Of a DNA stretch of 64,000 nt, positions 11,579 through 25,110 are shown one piece after another. Both the position numbers and the translations under genes were made by a program. Numbering within the stretch: the first letter of the stretch is position 1; every line of letters begins with the position of its first letter. The notes below the pieces were generated by a model. That model was not told where the DNA came from and ran no database searches. It saw only the letters and a program-made list of their open reading frames with translations. The stretch covers positions 34,410,001-34,474,000 of the forward strand of contig NC_092346.1 of assembly GCF_963676685.1 (NCBI RefSeq), written 5' to 3'. The DNA is from Mytilus edulis (Eukaryota).

Positions 11579-14500
11579 TCTTCATCATACAGTATTGGTG
11601 GTGATACATTAATAACTAGCGCTAATAAACATGCTGCGACTCAGTAAAACATATATATATTAAAAAATAGATAGACATTTATTGTTCAATTTATTAATAA
11701 AGTATGCAACCACATATAAAAAAATAGTTATTGTAAATCATATCATAAATAAGTACATGTATACACATTGTGCTAGTCTTTCCCTGCTGTTTTATACTGA
11801 GCAACGGAGAACATTTTGATTTCGTGCATGTAAACATTACAAGTATTAAATTGTTATAGATACGCAATCGAGATTCAAATACATTACAAGATAATAAAAA
11901 GATGTGGTATGGTTGCCAATGAGACAACTATTATTTTATTTGTCCAAGTGAAGTGGATTATAAGCACTGTTGATTTGTTGTCGTGTTAGTAAATTCAATA
12001 CCATATCTGTTAAGATAATGCAATTCATCTATGAGCAACTCCTATTTCGACATCTCTAAACTATAGCTGTGTCTCGACTCAAAGAATATCTAACGACACG
12101 ATTTAGAACAAACTACCAAACAAAATAATGTTATTCTAGTAAAAAGTAAAATCACAAAAAAATCCGAACTCAGAGGAAAGTTAAAAATGAAAGTCCCTCA
12201 TAAAGAGCTTGGATAGCACCAAATCACGTGTCTCTTTAAAAAATGACAACCCTTGACACTACATACATCTTAAGTTATTGTGCGATATTAAATTCTTTAT
12301 TTGTTTTCTCCCTGTCGTCAATTCACTAGATTTTTCTAAAAAGTTGTCTTGTCATTTTGAAATTACTTTTAATGAATGTCTTTGCAATACAAACCTACTT
12401 TTAGTAGTTAGTTTAAAGACTGGTTGGCTCGAGGTCTCTAAGAGATATGTATCCCGATTAAAACGCTTACTATATAAAAAAATCAATTAACACATATGAC
12501 AAGCAAAAACCAACGACAACATGTTATAGTCTTGGTATCTATGCAATAGTTGCCACTGGACGTAAAACCAAATATAATTGAATGAAGTCACAAGGTAACT
12601 AGTAACAAAGTTTTTCGATTCGATCAATATTTTGCATTTAAAATCGCAGCCATCTGTTGTCATAAACAAACATTGATATTTCAAATCGACTTTGTACTAT
12701 TATATATTTAAACAGTGTACGTCGTGAATATCAACAAAAAAGTAATTTTCATAAAAAATGCTGGATGCTAACTGTTAATGCTCACAAAAAAAGATAACTA
12801 ACATCGTGCTTTTCTCTGATTGTTTATGACGTGTTGACACTGTTATGTACCGATATATATACTTTGTTTGGGAGAGCAGAATTTATGTGTAGGTTGTAAT
12901 TGGTTTTAAATAAAATATATGCTTTCAGTTGTTTAGAGAATACAAACTTGAAGATTTTGTGACTGGATACATAATAAGTTTGGTTTTAACGTTTGAATTG
13001 TCATGTAGTTTAATATTGATCTGATGAGGGTTGCTCATTGTTGCAGAAGGAAGGTGTGACCTTTTAGTTGCTTACATGTACATTTCCGTCCTTGGCAGCG
13101 GTATAACTAGATGCAGGAACTTACTGCTAATACATGTATTAATAGGCCGGCATTCCGGCAAGTACAAAAATGTAACTTGTGTAATGGAAAAGAAAATCAT
13201 ATCCGGTATTAATTGTAGAATTTGGATGCATAGAACTATTATTATGACCACAAGTTACTACTTTCAACGTTGAAACTGCTGTTTAACACCAACAGTTAAT
13301 CAATCAATCATTTTGTACAAAAAAATGTGTTCATGAAAGCATCATGTTTTAATGTGACAAAACATTTATATGTCTCAAGCAGAATATCTCATAATTTCCC
13401 TAAGATTTAAGCAGTTAAATACCTTTGAAATATATTTATAAATGTATAGATAAAGGCAACAGTAGTATACCGCTGTTCAAAACTCATAAATCCATGGACA
13501 AAAAACAAAATCGGGGTAACAAACTAAAACCGAGGGAAACGCATTAAGAATGAAGGAAACCAACGTAAATACGTATGGATTTTATTTCACTTTGAACTGG
13601 TATTTCTCAAATGAAGATCTGTCTGTAGAATGATGTTTTCCAATTATATGTTATTGCGTTATTGATATGAGCACTATTTACAGTGAATACATGGTCACTA
13701 GATTGCTACAAGTTTGTAATTTGTTCACTCATCTCTTGTATGGTTTATAACGCAAAAAAAAACGAAGCCGATGATTCTTTTGAATTTCCTTGAAACTGTT
13801 TAAAGATTTAATCTATTATTTTGAACAAAATCATGGGCAAGAATTTAACGTGAACACAATTCCTTTTTGTGGCACTTCAAATACACGTGTAACAAGTTTG
13901 TAAAGGATTGTATATTTAGAAGTACAAGGGGAAAATGACCACCAAAAAGAAACATTAAAATAAGTATAAAAATAGTACAAGCATACCAGATACCAAGTTG
14001 AACAAACCTTTTAACATACAGAAATGCATATAATGTGTAACTGTCCTTATTTTGAGTTTTTGCTGCTTTTTAATATCAAAGTTGTGGAACAAGTATTTTC
14101 ATAACGTTCTTGAACATTAAAACTAAATATTATATAACATACACTGATAATTTTGATTATTTGGCATATAGGTTGGTTGTCACTGCGCAACACAGTTTAA
14201 TATAGAACCCTATTGGGAAAACATAGAACTTTTTTCTGTCAGAAAACACTGTCAAACTTCCAAACATACTATCCACACTGATCTGTGTCCACACTTGTAA
14301 GAAGTATAAATATCATCTGTCGATACTCATATTCAATTAATCAAAAATCCACAACACCGCCAAAATTAACACAAACTTTATCATCAAAACTATTTAATAT
14401 TCGAATACCATTTAGATTTTGAAAATACTTTCTGATATTGACTCATCATATGAAACGAATCAAGACTATATCTCGTTTGTCATTTGTGAATTTACAATTA

Positions 14501-14620
14501 GGGAATACACTATTTTATTATTCGACTATCGTTATGTCATACATGTATCTAGGACAAATAGATTAACTGTAATAATGAGTATGGTAATGATGGATATTTA
14601 CATAAATTCGATAATAAACA

Positions 14621-17600
14621 ATGGTGATCATGGCTGTTATAGTGTTTTTATTTTCTGCTTTATTTGTAACTGGTAAGTCTAAAACATCTTAAAACGTATT
14701 TCAAAACACATTAATATTATTTTAGGAGGAATTTCAAAAAACTACCGATCGAGACAGCCGAGATGCAGTGTGCAAATAATTACTTTTCTGTACGTATACC
14801 TTTTTTCGCGGGTAATTATTATCGCGATTTTATAATTATTGCCTTTCAGTTGAAATGTTTGATTTAGATTCGCGTGTATCTATTTTCGCGATAAAAAAAA
14901 AAACAATCGCGAAATTCGTGAAAATGAACACACCGCGAATATAAGTACAATATGTTTGTCTGTGTTAGGATTATTGCACTGATTTTGTAAAACATAAATA
15001 AATAAGGTGATGTGGTATGATTGCCAATGAGACAACTATCCCACAGAGTTCAAATGACCTGGATACATGTATAAGCAATTATAGGTCACCTTCAGCGATG
15101 AGAAAAAACTTAGCTGTTGTAAAAGGCTTTGTTACATGTAACTCTTTCACAACTGGTCCCCTTGTTCGGGGTCTGTTTTGCGTCGTTGTTCTCCTCGAAT
15201 AGTTAATGCGTTTCCTCAGTTTTAGTTCGTAAGCCGAATTTATTTTTTTCTTTCGATTTATGAGTTTTGAACAGCGGTATACTACTGTTGCCTTTATTTG
15301 GCTTTAAAAATTTTAAGTGTGAGGTTTTCACAAACAATGATTTATACCTGTAACACATTAAATCATTAAACAGAAAGTTATTTTAGATAATTTATATTTT
15401 GGATAATACTTCACATTGATTCACGTGATTTATTAAGGACATTACACGACCAAAATGTCCTAACGTTTTGATTTTTTGCTGCATCGTTGAGTACTTTTTC
15501 TCGTTAGTTCCGAATAGAATTCATCAACCACCTTTGTGGAGAACGAATGTGTTAGAATGACAACTAGACGGGTGACTACACGAAAAAACAAGCATTCGGA
15601 AACATTATAAGAAGCATTATTACTTGGGTCACATAACTCGTTCTTTTTCTGATGTAAGCACAGTGAAAAATAGTTATTGATGAGTTCAGAACTATAGAAC
15701 TCCTTTAGCAAGGAATTGCATATCTTTGAATGTGGACAAATGACGAGCCGATGAAACACTTTTTATATTAAGATAAAAAAAAATAAGACATGCAATACAG
15801 GCTCGACTTGTACGAAATGAGTGATTGTGTGATGAGAAATTGGTGATGAATAAATTGAATGCATGTTACTTTTCTTGTTTTCCTTTAGTTCCTTTATTTA
15901 TTTTATCGAGTTACTTCTATTTCATTCCTCTATTAGAATGATAGACATCTGAGAAACGGATTATTTAAAAGTTGTTTACAGTTCCAACTAAAAAAAAGAA
16001 CAAGTCCTCTGCAATTTTAAATTGAAGAGGATCTTGTGTTTTCTTTACCTATAGAACAAAGGGATGATGGTTTTCCTAGCAGGCAGATGACATGAGCTTT
16101 TAATTTATTACGTTTGTTAAACTTAACCTGTTTTAACCTTTAACCGTTCTTCAATTTTCAGCTGAATGTTTCATCAGGGTTAATAATTACGAAAATTCTG
16201 TATACATAGCCAAAGGTCCCGCACAGGGTTTCCAGACGGCACCTCCATCTTTCTATTTTGAACCAAAGGATTATGATTTATTTACCGCCGAAGATGACCA
16301 GGAAAGAACTGTAGTTGGTGATGAAGTCAAGAAAGGTATTGTAGTCATTCCCAGTTCTTGAGCAACCATATAACTTCAAGTGGGATTATGGTTTTTTTAG
16401 TCCGAGTCAGAAAATCGTTTTCTTTAAAATTTAACACTACAACGTATGGGAAAATCTAGATTCAGAATACTTTTTTGTCATCTGCCTTGACAACAATATA
16501 TCACACAAGGTTTATCTTAGTTAGCAAAATATCTTCCCTCACCTTTTTTTAGTTAAAAAATAATAAGAAAAAAAACACACCTCCTTTTTTTAAATTAAAT
16601 TGACGGTAATAACATTAACGATACCAATTTTCCTGCACCATATGCGCATTTCGACAATACATGTCTCTTCAGTGATGCTCGTGGCCAAAATATTTGAAAT
16701 CCAAAGCGCAAATAAAAGATGAAGAGCTATAATCCAGAAGGTTCAAAAAGTATAGCCAAATCCGTGAAAGGAATCAGAGCTTTGCATGAGGGAGATACAT
16801 TCCTTAATTTATAATAATTTCTAATATTTTGTAACAGCAAATTTTAATAACACAAAAACTCCGTATATTCATGCCAGTACCGAAGTACTGGTTACTGGGC
16901 TAGTGATTCCCTCGGGAACTAACAGTCCACCAGCAGAGGCATCGACCCAGTGGTAGTAATAACATTTAGTTAATAATGGTACCAATTTTCTGCACCAGAT
17001 CCGCATTTCGACAACACATGTCTCTTCAGTGATGCTCGTGGCCAAAATATTTGAAATCCAAAGCTTATATAAAAGATGAAGAGCTATAATCAAAAAGGTC
17101 AAAAAGTATAGCCAAATCCGTGAAAGGAATCAGAGCTTTGCATGAGGAAGATACATTCCTTAATTTATAATAATTTCTAATATTTTGTAACAGCAAATTT
17201 TAATAACACAAAAAATTCGTATTTTCATGCCAGTACCGAAGTACTTGCTACTGGGCTGGTTATACCCTCGGGGACTAACAGTCCACCAGCAGAGTCATCG
17301 ACCCAGTGGTAGTAATAACATTAACGGTACCAATTTTCCTGCACAAGATGCGCATTTCGGCAATACATATCTCTTCAGCGATGCTCGTGGCCAAAATATT
17401 TGAAATCCAAAGCTTATATAAAAGATGAAGAGCTATTATCCAAAAACCCTTTTATTAGTTAAACTTTAACAATGTATATTTCAGGTCATTTGGTCACATT
17501 TTACAAGTACAACACAGATTTTTATCCTATTGCCGTACTTGCATTTTTGTTTACTGACAATACTGTAAGTTTTTCTTAAAGCTGTTTTAGAATATAATCC

Positions 17601-18373
17601 AATCTAGGTATTATTTTCAAAAGTATGCACTAAACCATTGTTAATGATTTTAAAAAGCGTTCTTAATAAAGTTAACTAATGGCGCGACGTTAATATTTTC
17701 ATTTTTAACATTGCAATTACCATATGGTTCTTTACTGTATTAAGACGAATGTTCGAAATTAGGCAAGCGAAACCCATGTCATCCGAGTTTGAATTTATAT
17801 GAGTTACAACCTGTCCTAGCTAACCTAGTATTTCCTCACTAATGGGCAATGTGAAAAAAATGAAGAAGATGTGAAAAAAAATGAAGAAGACTTTTAGGCT
17901 ATTCACACCATTAGTCAAAGACAAGAGTGCACGCGTTAATATGTCTCGCCTTCTTTACTAATGATTGATATTATGTTGATAGTCCTAAATATAAAGCTTT
18001 ATTACAACTCTCACATAAACTTTACATTAACCAAGAGAACTAATTTAAACATTGACCAATGAACCATGAAAATGAGGTCAGATGATCCATGCCATACAGG
18101 CATGTCATCTAACAATGCTTCCATACAATAAAATCACCGAAGTTCCTCTTGCTAGAGAAAAAAACATCCAAACTGTAATTATGATTTAGTCATTGTACTT
18201 TTATACATGACCATAATTTACACTTAATTGAGCATAATTGTATATACATGGATGTGCAAGAATGTTAGTCTTTAAAGTTTATAATTTTCACACCAAGACT
18301 CATTTCTAATTATTAAATATATTCTATGTTTCAGTATTTCAATATAATACGAAGAACGTTGCTGCAGGTCTAG
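14621..18373 (+). CDS. Small secreted protein of an unrecognised family, paralogue 1 (114 aa); 4 exons
   Basis: Exons 14621-14672, 16162-16335, 17485-17564, 18335-18373; GT-AG introns, phases 1,1,0. Protein MVIMAVIVFLFSALFVTAECFIRVNNYENSVYIAKGPAQGFQTAPPSFYFEPKDYDLFTAEDDQERTVVGDEVKKGHLVTFYKYNTDFYPIAVLAFLFTDNTYFNIIRRTLLQV*. AATAAA at 18421. Homologous to paralogues 2 and 3. Alternative start at 14630. Confidence 0.8.
16635..16678 (-). ncRNA. Minimal type I hammerhead ribozyme
   Basis: Stem I GCAUCA/UGGUGC, core CUGAAGA, stem II GACA/UGUC, GAAA, palindromic UGCGCA, cleavage after AUA. Confidence 0.8.
16992..17035 (-). ncRNA. Minimal type I hammerhead ribozyme (stem III palindrome variant UGCGGA)
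   Basis: Same core, stem I and stem II as 16635-16678; cleavage after AUC. Confidence 0.7.
17341..17384 (-). ncRNA. Degenerate type I hammerhead ribozyme
   Basis: CUGAAGA and GAAA are intact; mismatches in stems I and II. Confidence 0.55.
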
Positions 18374-18575
18374 ATTATGTCATTGGGTGCCATCATGTTC
18401 ATGATGGTGTACCTTTTGTGAATAAAATAGTAGTAACTACATGTTAATTAATCTGATAAATGATTTACTGTTGGTGTTTAACGTCACTTTCATCACACTT
18501 GGATATATCATTGCCACCAGATTTTACGTTTAAAAATACGGAGTAACCAGAAGATTTAAACGATTTAACTTGTAA

Positions 18576-18873
18576 GGGAGCTACCATTTGATTTTTATGG
18601 GGGGGGGGGGGGGGGGGGGGGCTAGGATGAAATTTGAAAAAAATAGGCAGGACAGGAGTTTTGAGTAAAAAAAAAGGCAGGATGAGACACTTGCAAAAAA
18701 AAAAAGTCAGGACGACAATTTAGGTAAAAAAAAGTCAGGATAAACTAAAAAAAAAAGGCAGGACCGAACAGAGTGAAAAATAAAAAGGCAGGACAGAGAT
18801 TACAGCTAAAAAAAATGCAGGACAAAATTTTTCATCCTATAGCCCCCCCTATAAAAATCAAATGGTAGCTCCC
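18576..18873. mobile_element. PIF/Harbinger-like MITE
   Basis: TAA|GGGAGCTACCATTTGATTTTTAT...ATAAAAATCAAATGGTAGCTCCC|TAA: TIRs of about 23 bp, 3-bp TAA TSD, internal GCAGGA repeats. Confidence 0.8.
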
Positions 18874-21142
18874 TAATTTATCTTCTATTTGTTAACATAA
18901 AAAATATATGGATATAAAGAATGATGGAATTTGTAATAAAAAAAATGTGAATATATAAACGTTATGTAGATATAGGAAGATGTGGTGTGAGTGCCAATGA
19001 GACAAGTTTCCATCCAAATAACAATTTTAAAAAAGTAAACCGTTATAGGTCAATGTACGGCCTTCAACATGGAGCCTTGGCTCACACCGAACAACAAGCT
19101 ACAAATGTATAAAGGGTCCCAAAATTACTAGTGTAAAACCATTCAAACGGGAAAACCAACGGTCTAATCTATATAAAATTAAAAAAACAACGAGAAACGA
19201 GAAACACGTATAAATTACATAAACAAACGACAACTACTGTACATCAGATTCCTGACTTAGGACAGGTGCAAACATTTGCAGCGGGATTAAACGCTTTAAT
19301 GGATCCAAACTTTCTCCCTTTTTCTGAAACAATAGCATAACATCACAACATAGAAAAACACATGAAAAAATATCAATTGGCAGACTTAACTCCATCAAAA
19401 AAAACGTACATTAATACACTATAAACGAATAAATTTGATCTGCGATATCTGAATGCAAATGCACAGTTAATAAAATATTAGGGACAAACATTCAAGGCCA
19501 AATAGCAAACAAACAAGTCCAAACAGTAGGCATGTAAACGCAACCAATAACAATAATAGTGTCATTCGGCAATCCTCGGTAGAATCCGCTACTCTCGTTA
19601 GATGAGGGTACTGAATCGGCCGAGGTGAGACGAATGTAATAGTGTGTCCTATGTATATGTATAATTTAAAGTAGTTGATCATGGTTTTCGGAACATACAC
19701 TTAGTTTAAATAATTGTTTTATTAATTTTGTTCGTCAGGCTAATTTCGTTCATACCGAATACAAACTGTGATTTGCCCTGTATGACCAGACAAGGATATC
19801 AAATAAGTCTAACGTAAAAAGACAAGGTATGTCAGACCAGGAAACGGAAAACCTCTGTGTGTTGATATATCCGTTTCAGTAAACAATAAGTTAAGGAGGG
19901 AACTTTACTGAGTAACTTTAAATATATCGATAAACAAGTCCACTGTAATAAACTAACATTAATCGTTTAGCAATTTATATTTCACAACATTTGATACTGT
20001 TTGCGTACATGTTTTCGTTATTCGGTTGTTTTTCTTCCTATTTTTCTTTTTCTTTGATTGTTGTTGTTTTTTGTTTTTTTGTTTTGCTTTTTTTAATTTT
20101 TATCTCAAATGCTTTAATTTTGAAATTTAAAAGGTAATTTAGATTCTCCGATAACAATGCCAATGTTAGGTATGAAAATTATCTTAAACGGCGAACACAT
20201 TTGATATATAATTAAGAAGTTATCACGGTACTTTTCATTGAAAGTGGGCCAAATTCTTAACATTTGACTGAATCACTTTATCACATGTTAATTTCAAAAT
20301 CAATGACTCCACATCCAAATTAAAAATAAAGTACCAAAAAAAAATGTCAATTGATAATAAAATACATATCATGATTGAAAATTTCATGACAAGGTGTTCA
20401 TTAAGACCAAAATGAGTCCAGAAATTCGTAAATAACAATGACGAGATAGACACAGTCATACAGAATGTGGCGGTATTAAGCTAGTTGGAAGGCCCGACAA
20501 CCATCCCCAAATCTGGAAAAGTCCTCATAAAAACAAACTATGAAAATTATTTGAAAAGGGATTAACTCATCAGATGTATACAAAGCAGAAATACTTTTAA
20601 CAAATTTAAAACAGAGTGAACGAGGCAGGGTACTTATACGCCCCAACAACAAAACGACACTAAGTACATGTCTAGGAGTTCTTGCAGTTACTGACAGCTA
20701 GCTCAAAACAAAAACAACGTATAAAAAAATCAGGCATCTAAGACGAAAATATCAAGCAGGTACACATACAACATACTGGATTTATCGTAAAGACGGTGTT
20801 ACCTGAATTTGAAAGGGAAATGAAAGATAAATGCCCATAAACTCGGCAATAAAATGTGAAAATATGTTTGAAATATTCAACCATACATACTTTTTTTTTT
20901 TTCACATCAGACATTCCGCTTCTTCCCAAATGATTATTTTGATATGAAGAAAGCGTTTTCCTATCAATTCTCAATAAAGTCAGACTGTCAGAACTTGCCC
21001 AAATATCAAAGATGATATTGTTTGCTGGTGTTGCGTTTCATTTGATATTCAGTGTAAACTTACAAGTTATTGAAAATGCACTTAATATTGTGTTTATGAA
21101 TATAAAACTCATCATAGCATAAATCGACTTCGTCAATTCAAG

Positions 21143-24100
21143 ATGATCATACTAGTGTCCCTTTTTGTTTTATGCAGTTTTGGAATAGGTAAGTAATACA
21201 ACAACATACAAATGTAATGTATTATTCTTATTTTTAATATGATTATAATATATCAACCTTTCATATTTTGTTAAGTGCATCGATTAAACTAGATATTTAA
21301 AAGACTTGTTTTGGCATATATAATTAATGTCTGGTATCAGATTTGAATCAAATCCTTATCAAAATAAAGTGCTTCATTAGATTTTTTTCCGAATTTATAG
21401 GTCATAGCTTTTATTTTGACGAAAGATACCACCGAGACAGTCAAATTCAAAAATCGAAAATAAGCTGATAGCGCCATGGCTAAAAATGAAAAGACAAACA
21501 GACAACATTACACATGACACGAAAGAAAACCAAAGTTAGCAACACGAGCCCCACTAAAAACTAGGGGTGGTCACAGGTGCTCCGGAAAGGTAAGCAGATC
21601 TTGCTCCACATGTGGCACCCGTCTAAATGTAGCCAACAGAATCATTCACCGTATAAATAATATATATATTAGTGCACAGCAACCTATTTTGGAAAAAAAA
21701 TCTTCTTAAATCAGTTTTAAAAGTAACTTTACATAGTTTACTCAAAGTTTTATTCTTTTGAAAGTCCTTGACGAGTCCTTGCCTTGCTTTCAGTGTATAT
21801 ATAAGAGTCCAGGTATGGTCTAAAAGGGAATGGGAAATATTTGTATATAGAAGAAACAGGTTTATCGCTCGTCGATGAGATTGTAGCTAAGAAACACTCA
21901 CTCTTTCGAAAAAAAATATCGATAATCTATCAATATTGTTTCATTCAATCCATAGCTTGTTGTAAGATGTGAAGGCCGTGCTTTGACCTATTATGGTTTA
22001 CTTTTATAAATTGTTACTTTGGTGGAGAGTTGTCTCATTGGCACTCATACCACATATTCCTATATATATGTAGTTAAAAAACTTGTCCTTGATATATGAA
22101 ACAAGAATCGAAAGGCTGAAAAAAATTAAAGTATATCTATGAAAGAGAAAATTTTAGGCTATTACATGTAGGATATATATAATCATTTTCATAACAGCGA
22201 GGACAATACCATTTCTTTGAGCGCCAAGGTTATAAATAAAATTGGCCAGCTAATAAGCTGAACGTTTTTTTCGGTAACGCCAACTTGTCATAAGCTATAC
22301 GTGATATAGACATTTAAACTGGGGTTTGTCAAAGGTTCTAAACGCTTAAATCGAATAATATGAATAACTACCAAATAACTTAACCTTGTGTATTGATGTA
22401 AATGTTGAATACTTAAAACACTTTCTTCTCTAGCACCTGAATATACTTTTTACTCTTTTATTCTATGAAAATTCCCATTGCGGAAGTCCTGAAGTGGGCA
22501 TACAATCACTGTAATCGATATTCATGCACTGATAAACGATTTAAAGAAAAATGTTCCGTTTTATAACCAACAAGTATATCTGTTGTCCACGCCGTTATCA
22601 AAATTATATTATGAACTCAAGGTGGATGAACTACAATTCTAATGCAATTATGTTGTAACAATTGTTCTGATTGGATGACAGCAAGCGTAATCTAAATTTG
22701 CGACAGTAAAACTACCGATGGACGTCCTTAAAGCTTCAAATACAATACAGTTATCTCTTAATTCATAATTTTCTTTCATTTGTAACTATGATCTATTAGG
22801 ATTAGAAATGTCGTTTTTCCTTGGACTAAAATATATAGAGCAAATGCCTGGTGGTGCACAATGCGGGATAAGTACATGTACTACATTGTACAAAACATTT
22901 ATATAAAAGTATAATGTTTAACTATTTAAATTCGATTTCAGTTGACTGTTACGTCAAGGTAGAAAATTACCAAGATTCTGTTTACATCAAAAAAGGATAT
23001 TCCAGCAATCGTAGATTTTACCCAGCATCAAATATAACTGTTTTTGAACCGAGAAACTACGATTTTATGTCAGATGTAATTTGGAGTAGCGTTGATGGTG
23101 TTAACAAGAAAGGTGATTTTTTATTTTATTTTTTTTAATATCTATTATTTACTTCAATAGTTAAGGTCCTAGGATAGAGTGCTCGTCCTTTGATTTTCAT
23201 AGTCATGCACTAGCTATATAGTGTGGACAGTGTTTAACGAGAGACATGTAATACAATATGTCTCTGGTATAACTTATACATATTATTCATACAGCTTCCA
23301 TGTGTATTGATATTTTATGCATGGAATATTATATGTACATGTGAGATGTAAGTAAAGGATGAAATAAAATGTTTAACATATTCAAAGTGATGCCAAATCT
23401 TTATGTAAAGTAGTGATTTGTTCCATTTAAATGGTCAGAAAGTTGTATGTTTGAAGTTGTGAATGTACAACTGAATTATAGACAGAATTGCCCATATTAT
23501 GATATTATACTATTTGTCCCAAAATAGTTCACTTCACTGTAGAAATCGTTTTGAGATACAAATGTACATGCATAGCAGACCTTTGAGAAACATGTTGAAA
23601 AGAATTGCTCTTTTTAATTTAAATTGTCGTTCTAAAGTTTAAAAAAAATCATTTTACATATATTTTTCAGGACATTTAATGAGGTTCTTCAATCACATGT
23701 ACGATAGCAAAAATCTAGTTCCGATTTTACAATACTATTTTACAAATGATGAGGTATGTTACTGGATTAGGAGTGTTAGTCGTATAAACAATAGACGACA
23801 AAATATACTGTTCCATTTTGTTAATAAATTGATAAATCGTACTATTTTTTAAAAATATAATGAAAGGTACATAAATCAACAAACCGCGGGTTCCAAACCA
23901 AAGGTTTTACAAAACTTACTAATTTAGGAATAATTATACATAGAAAAAGGCATTATTATGTGAATAGAAAGAATTTGGGATTAAAATATGAGAAGAAAGC
24001 TTTTATAAAATCTTATTATAAAAAAAAATAATCAAAGTACTGAAGTACTGAAATCTGATGACTGCAAGTTCTTGTGGATGGACCGACAAACACTTGTCTC

Positions 24101-24396
24101 AAAAGAAAAATCACATCTCTATACCTGAAAGTGAGGTTATATACAGATATAATAAAGACATGAAAGTATTACTTGTGTCGGAAAGGAAGTGTTGCGTTTT
24201 TTTATGTTGCTCAATCTAAATGTACAACTTTTTTTGTGTCTCTCATTATCACAGTCATGCACAATGTTTCCAAACGCAATTTTCTTGTTATTACCATATA
24301 AAATTACTCATTTTCTAATTTCAGTATTACCAGAATATATCAAAAACTATTATTGAAGAGATGACTTACCGTCCAGTCTTTCACGTGAAGCTGTAA
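21143..24396 (+). CDS. Small secreted protein of an unrecognised family, paralogue 2 (123 aa); 4 exons
   Basis: Exons 21143-21188, 22942-23112, 23671-23753, 24325-24396; GT-AG, phases 1,1,0. Protein MIILVSLFVLCSFGIVDCYVKVENYQDSVYIKKGYSSNRRFYPASNITVFEPRNYDFMSDVIWSSVDGVNKKGHLMRFFNHMYDSKNLVPILQYYFTNDEYYQNISKTIIEEMTYRPVFHVKL*. TATAAAA at 21101. Confidence 0.87.
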
Positions 24397-25110
24397 ATGT
24401 TTTAGATTGTCGACTGTAACATTAAAAAAATAGTGTTCATTCATTTTAATGTTTTCAGTTGTTTTTTGTTGTTGTTTTTTTTAGTTTTATTTTATCTACC
24501 TAGTAACTTTCTGTTAATTTTTCAATAAAACAAATTGATTCGGTATTATCTAACAAGAAACCAAGGTAATATTGTTTGGATCTGTAGCCCAAATGCAGAT
24601 ATTCTAAATTATAATAAATCTTCAAATCACCTCTTTAGGACAGCAACCTCTGATATTTTTTTGTAATCAGGGTTGTGGCTATCTCTTCGAAAATCCAGTC
24701 TATCCGTTACTCTTTTATATTAAATAGTATTATCAAAAGTGACATCATTTTCATCCAATCAGAGGACAGATCGTCAAGAACGCCAAAGCCGTTACAATCA
24801 TTCAGGTCAAAGGTTTATCAAATCGAAACTAACCCAGAATGCATCGAAAAATTGAAAACGGGACTCTTTAGACTAGTTTAAAGCTAGAAACATTCATTGC
24901 CAACATTAATTGCACAATTTGTCTAAACCGGGCGACCATCAACTTACAATATACACTGTACGAACGTCATTTTTAGTCGAGCGTTTGGTTTTGACAGGTT
25001 TTTCTTAAGTTAATAGCATTCATACTTGAAAAATAATATGACATATATACAACCTTTATATTTATAATCGTTATGGTATTACATATACAGTATATTATAC
25101 ATGTATATGT

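Larger units (their letters stand above)
16612..17445 (-). mobile_element. Tandem non-LTR retrozyme array (about 350-nt unit, about 2.3 copies, three hammerhead motifs)
   Basis: Direct repeats with periods 357 and 349 nt. Each carries, on the minus strand, GCATCA-CTGAAGA-GACA(loop)TGTC-GAAA-TGCGCA-TH-TGGTGC or a close variant. Confidence 0.85.

Noticed and set aside
11199-11609. 136-aa Leu/Pro-rich minus-strand ORF
   Set aside because: Antisense shadow of the GAA/GAG-rich last exon of the acidic gene.
22914-23138. 74-aa single-exon ORF as a stand-alone gene
   Set aside because: It is exon 2 (22942-23112) of paralogue 2 read through its intron flanks.
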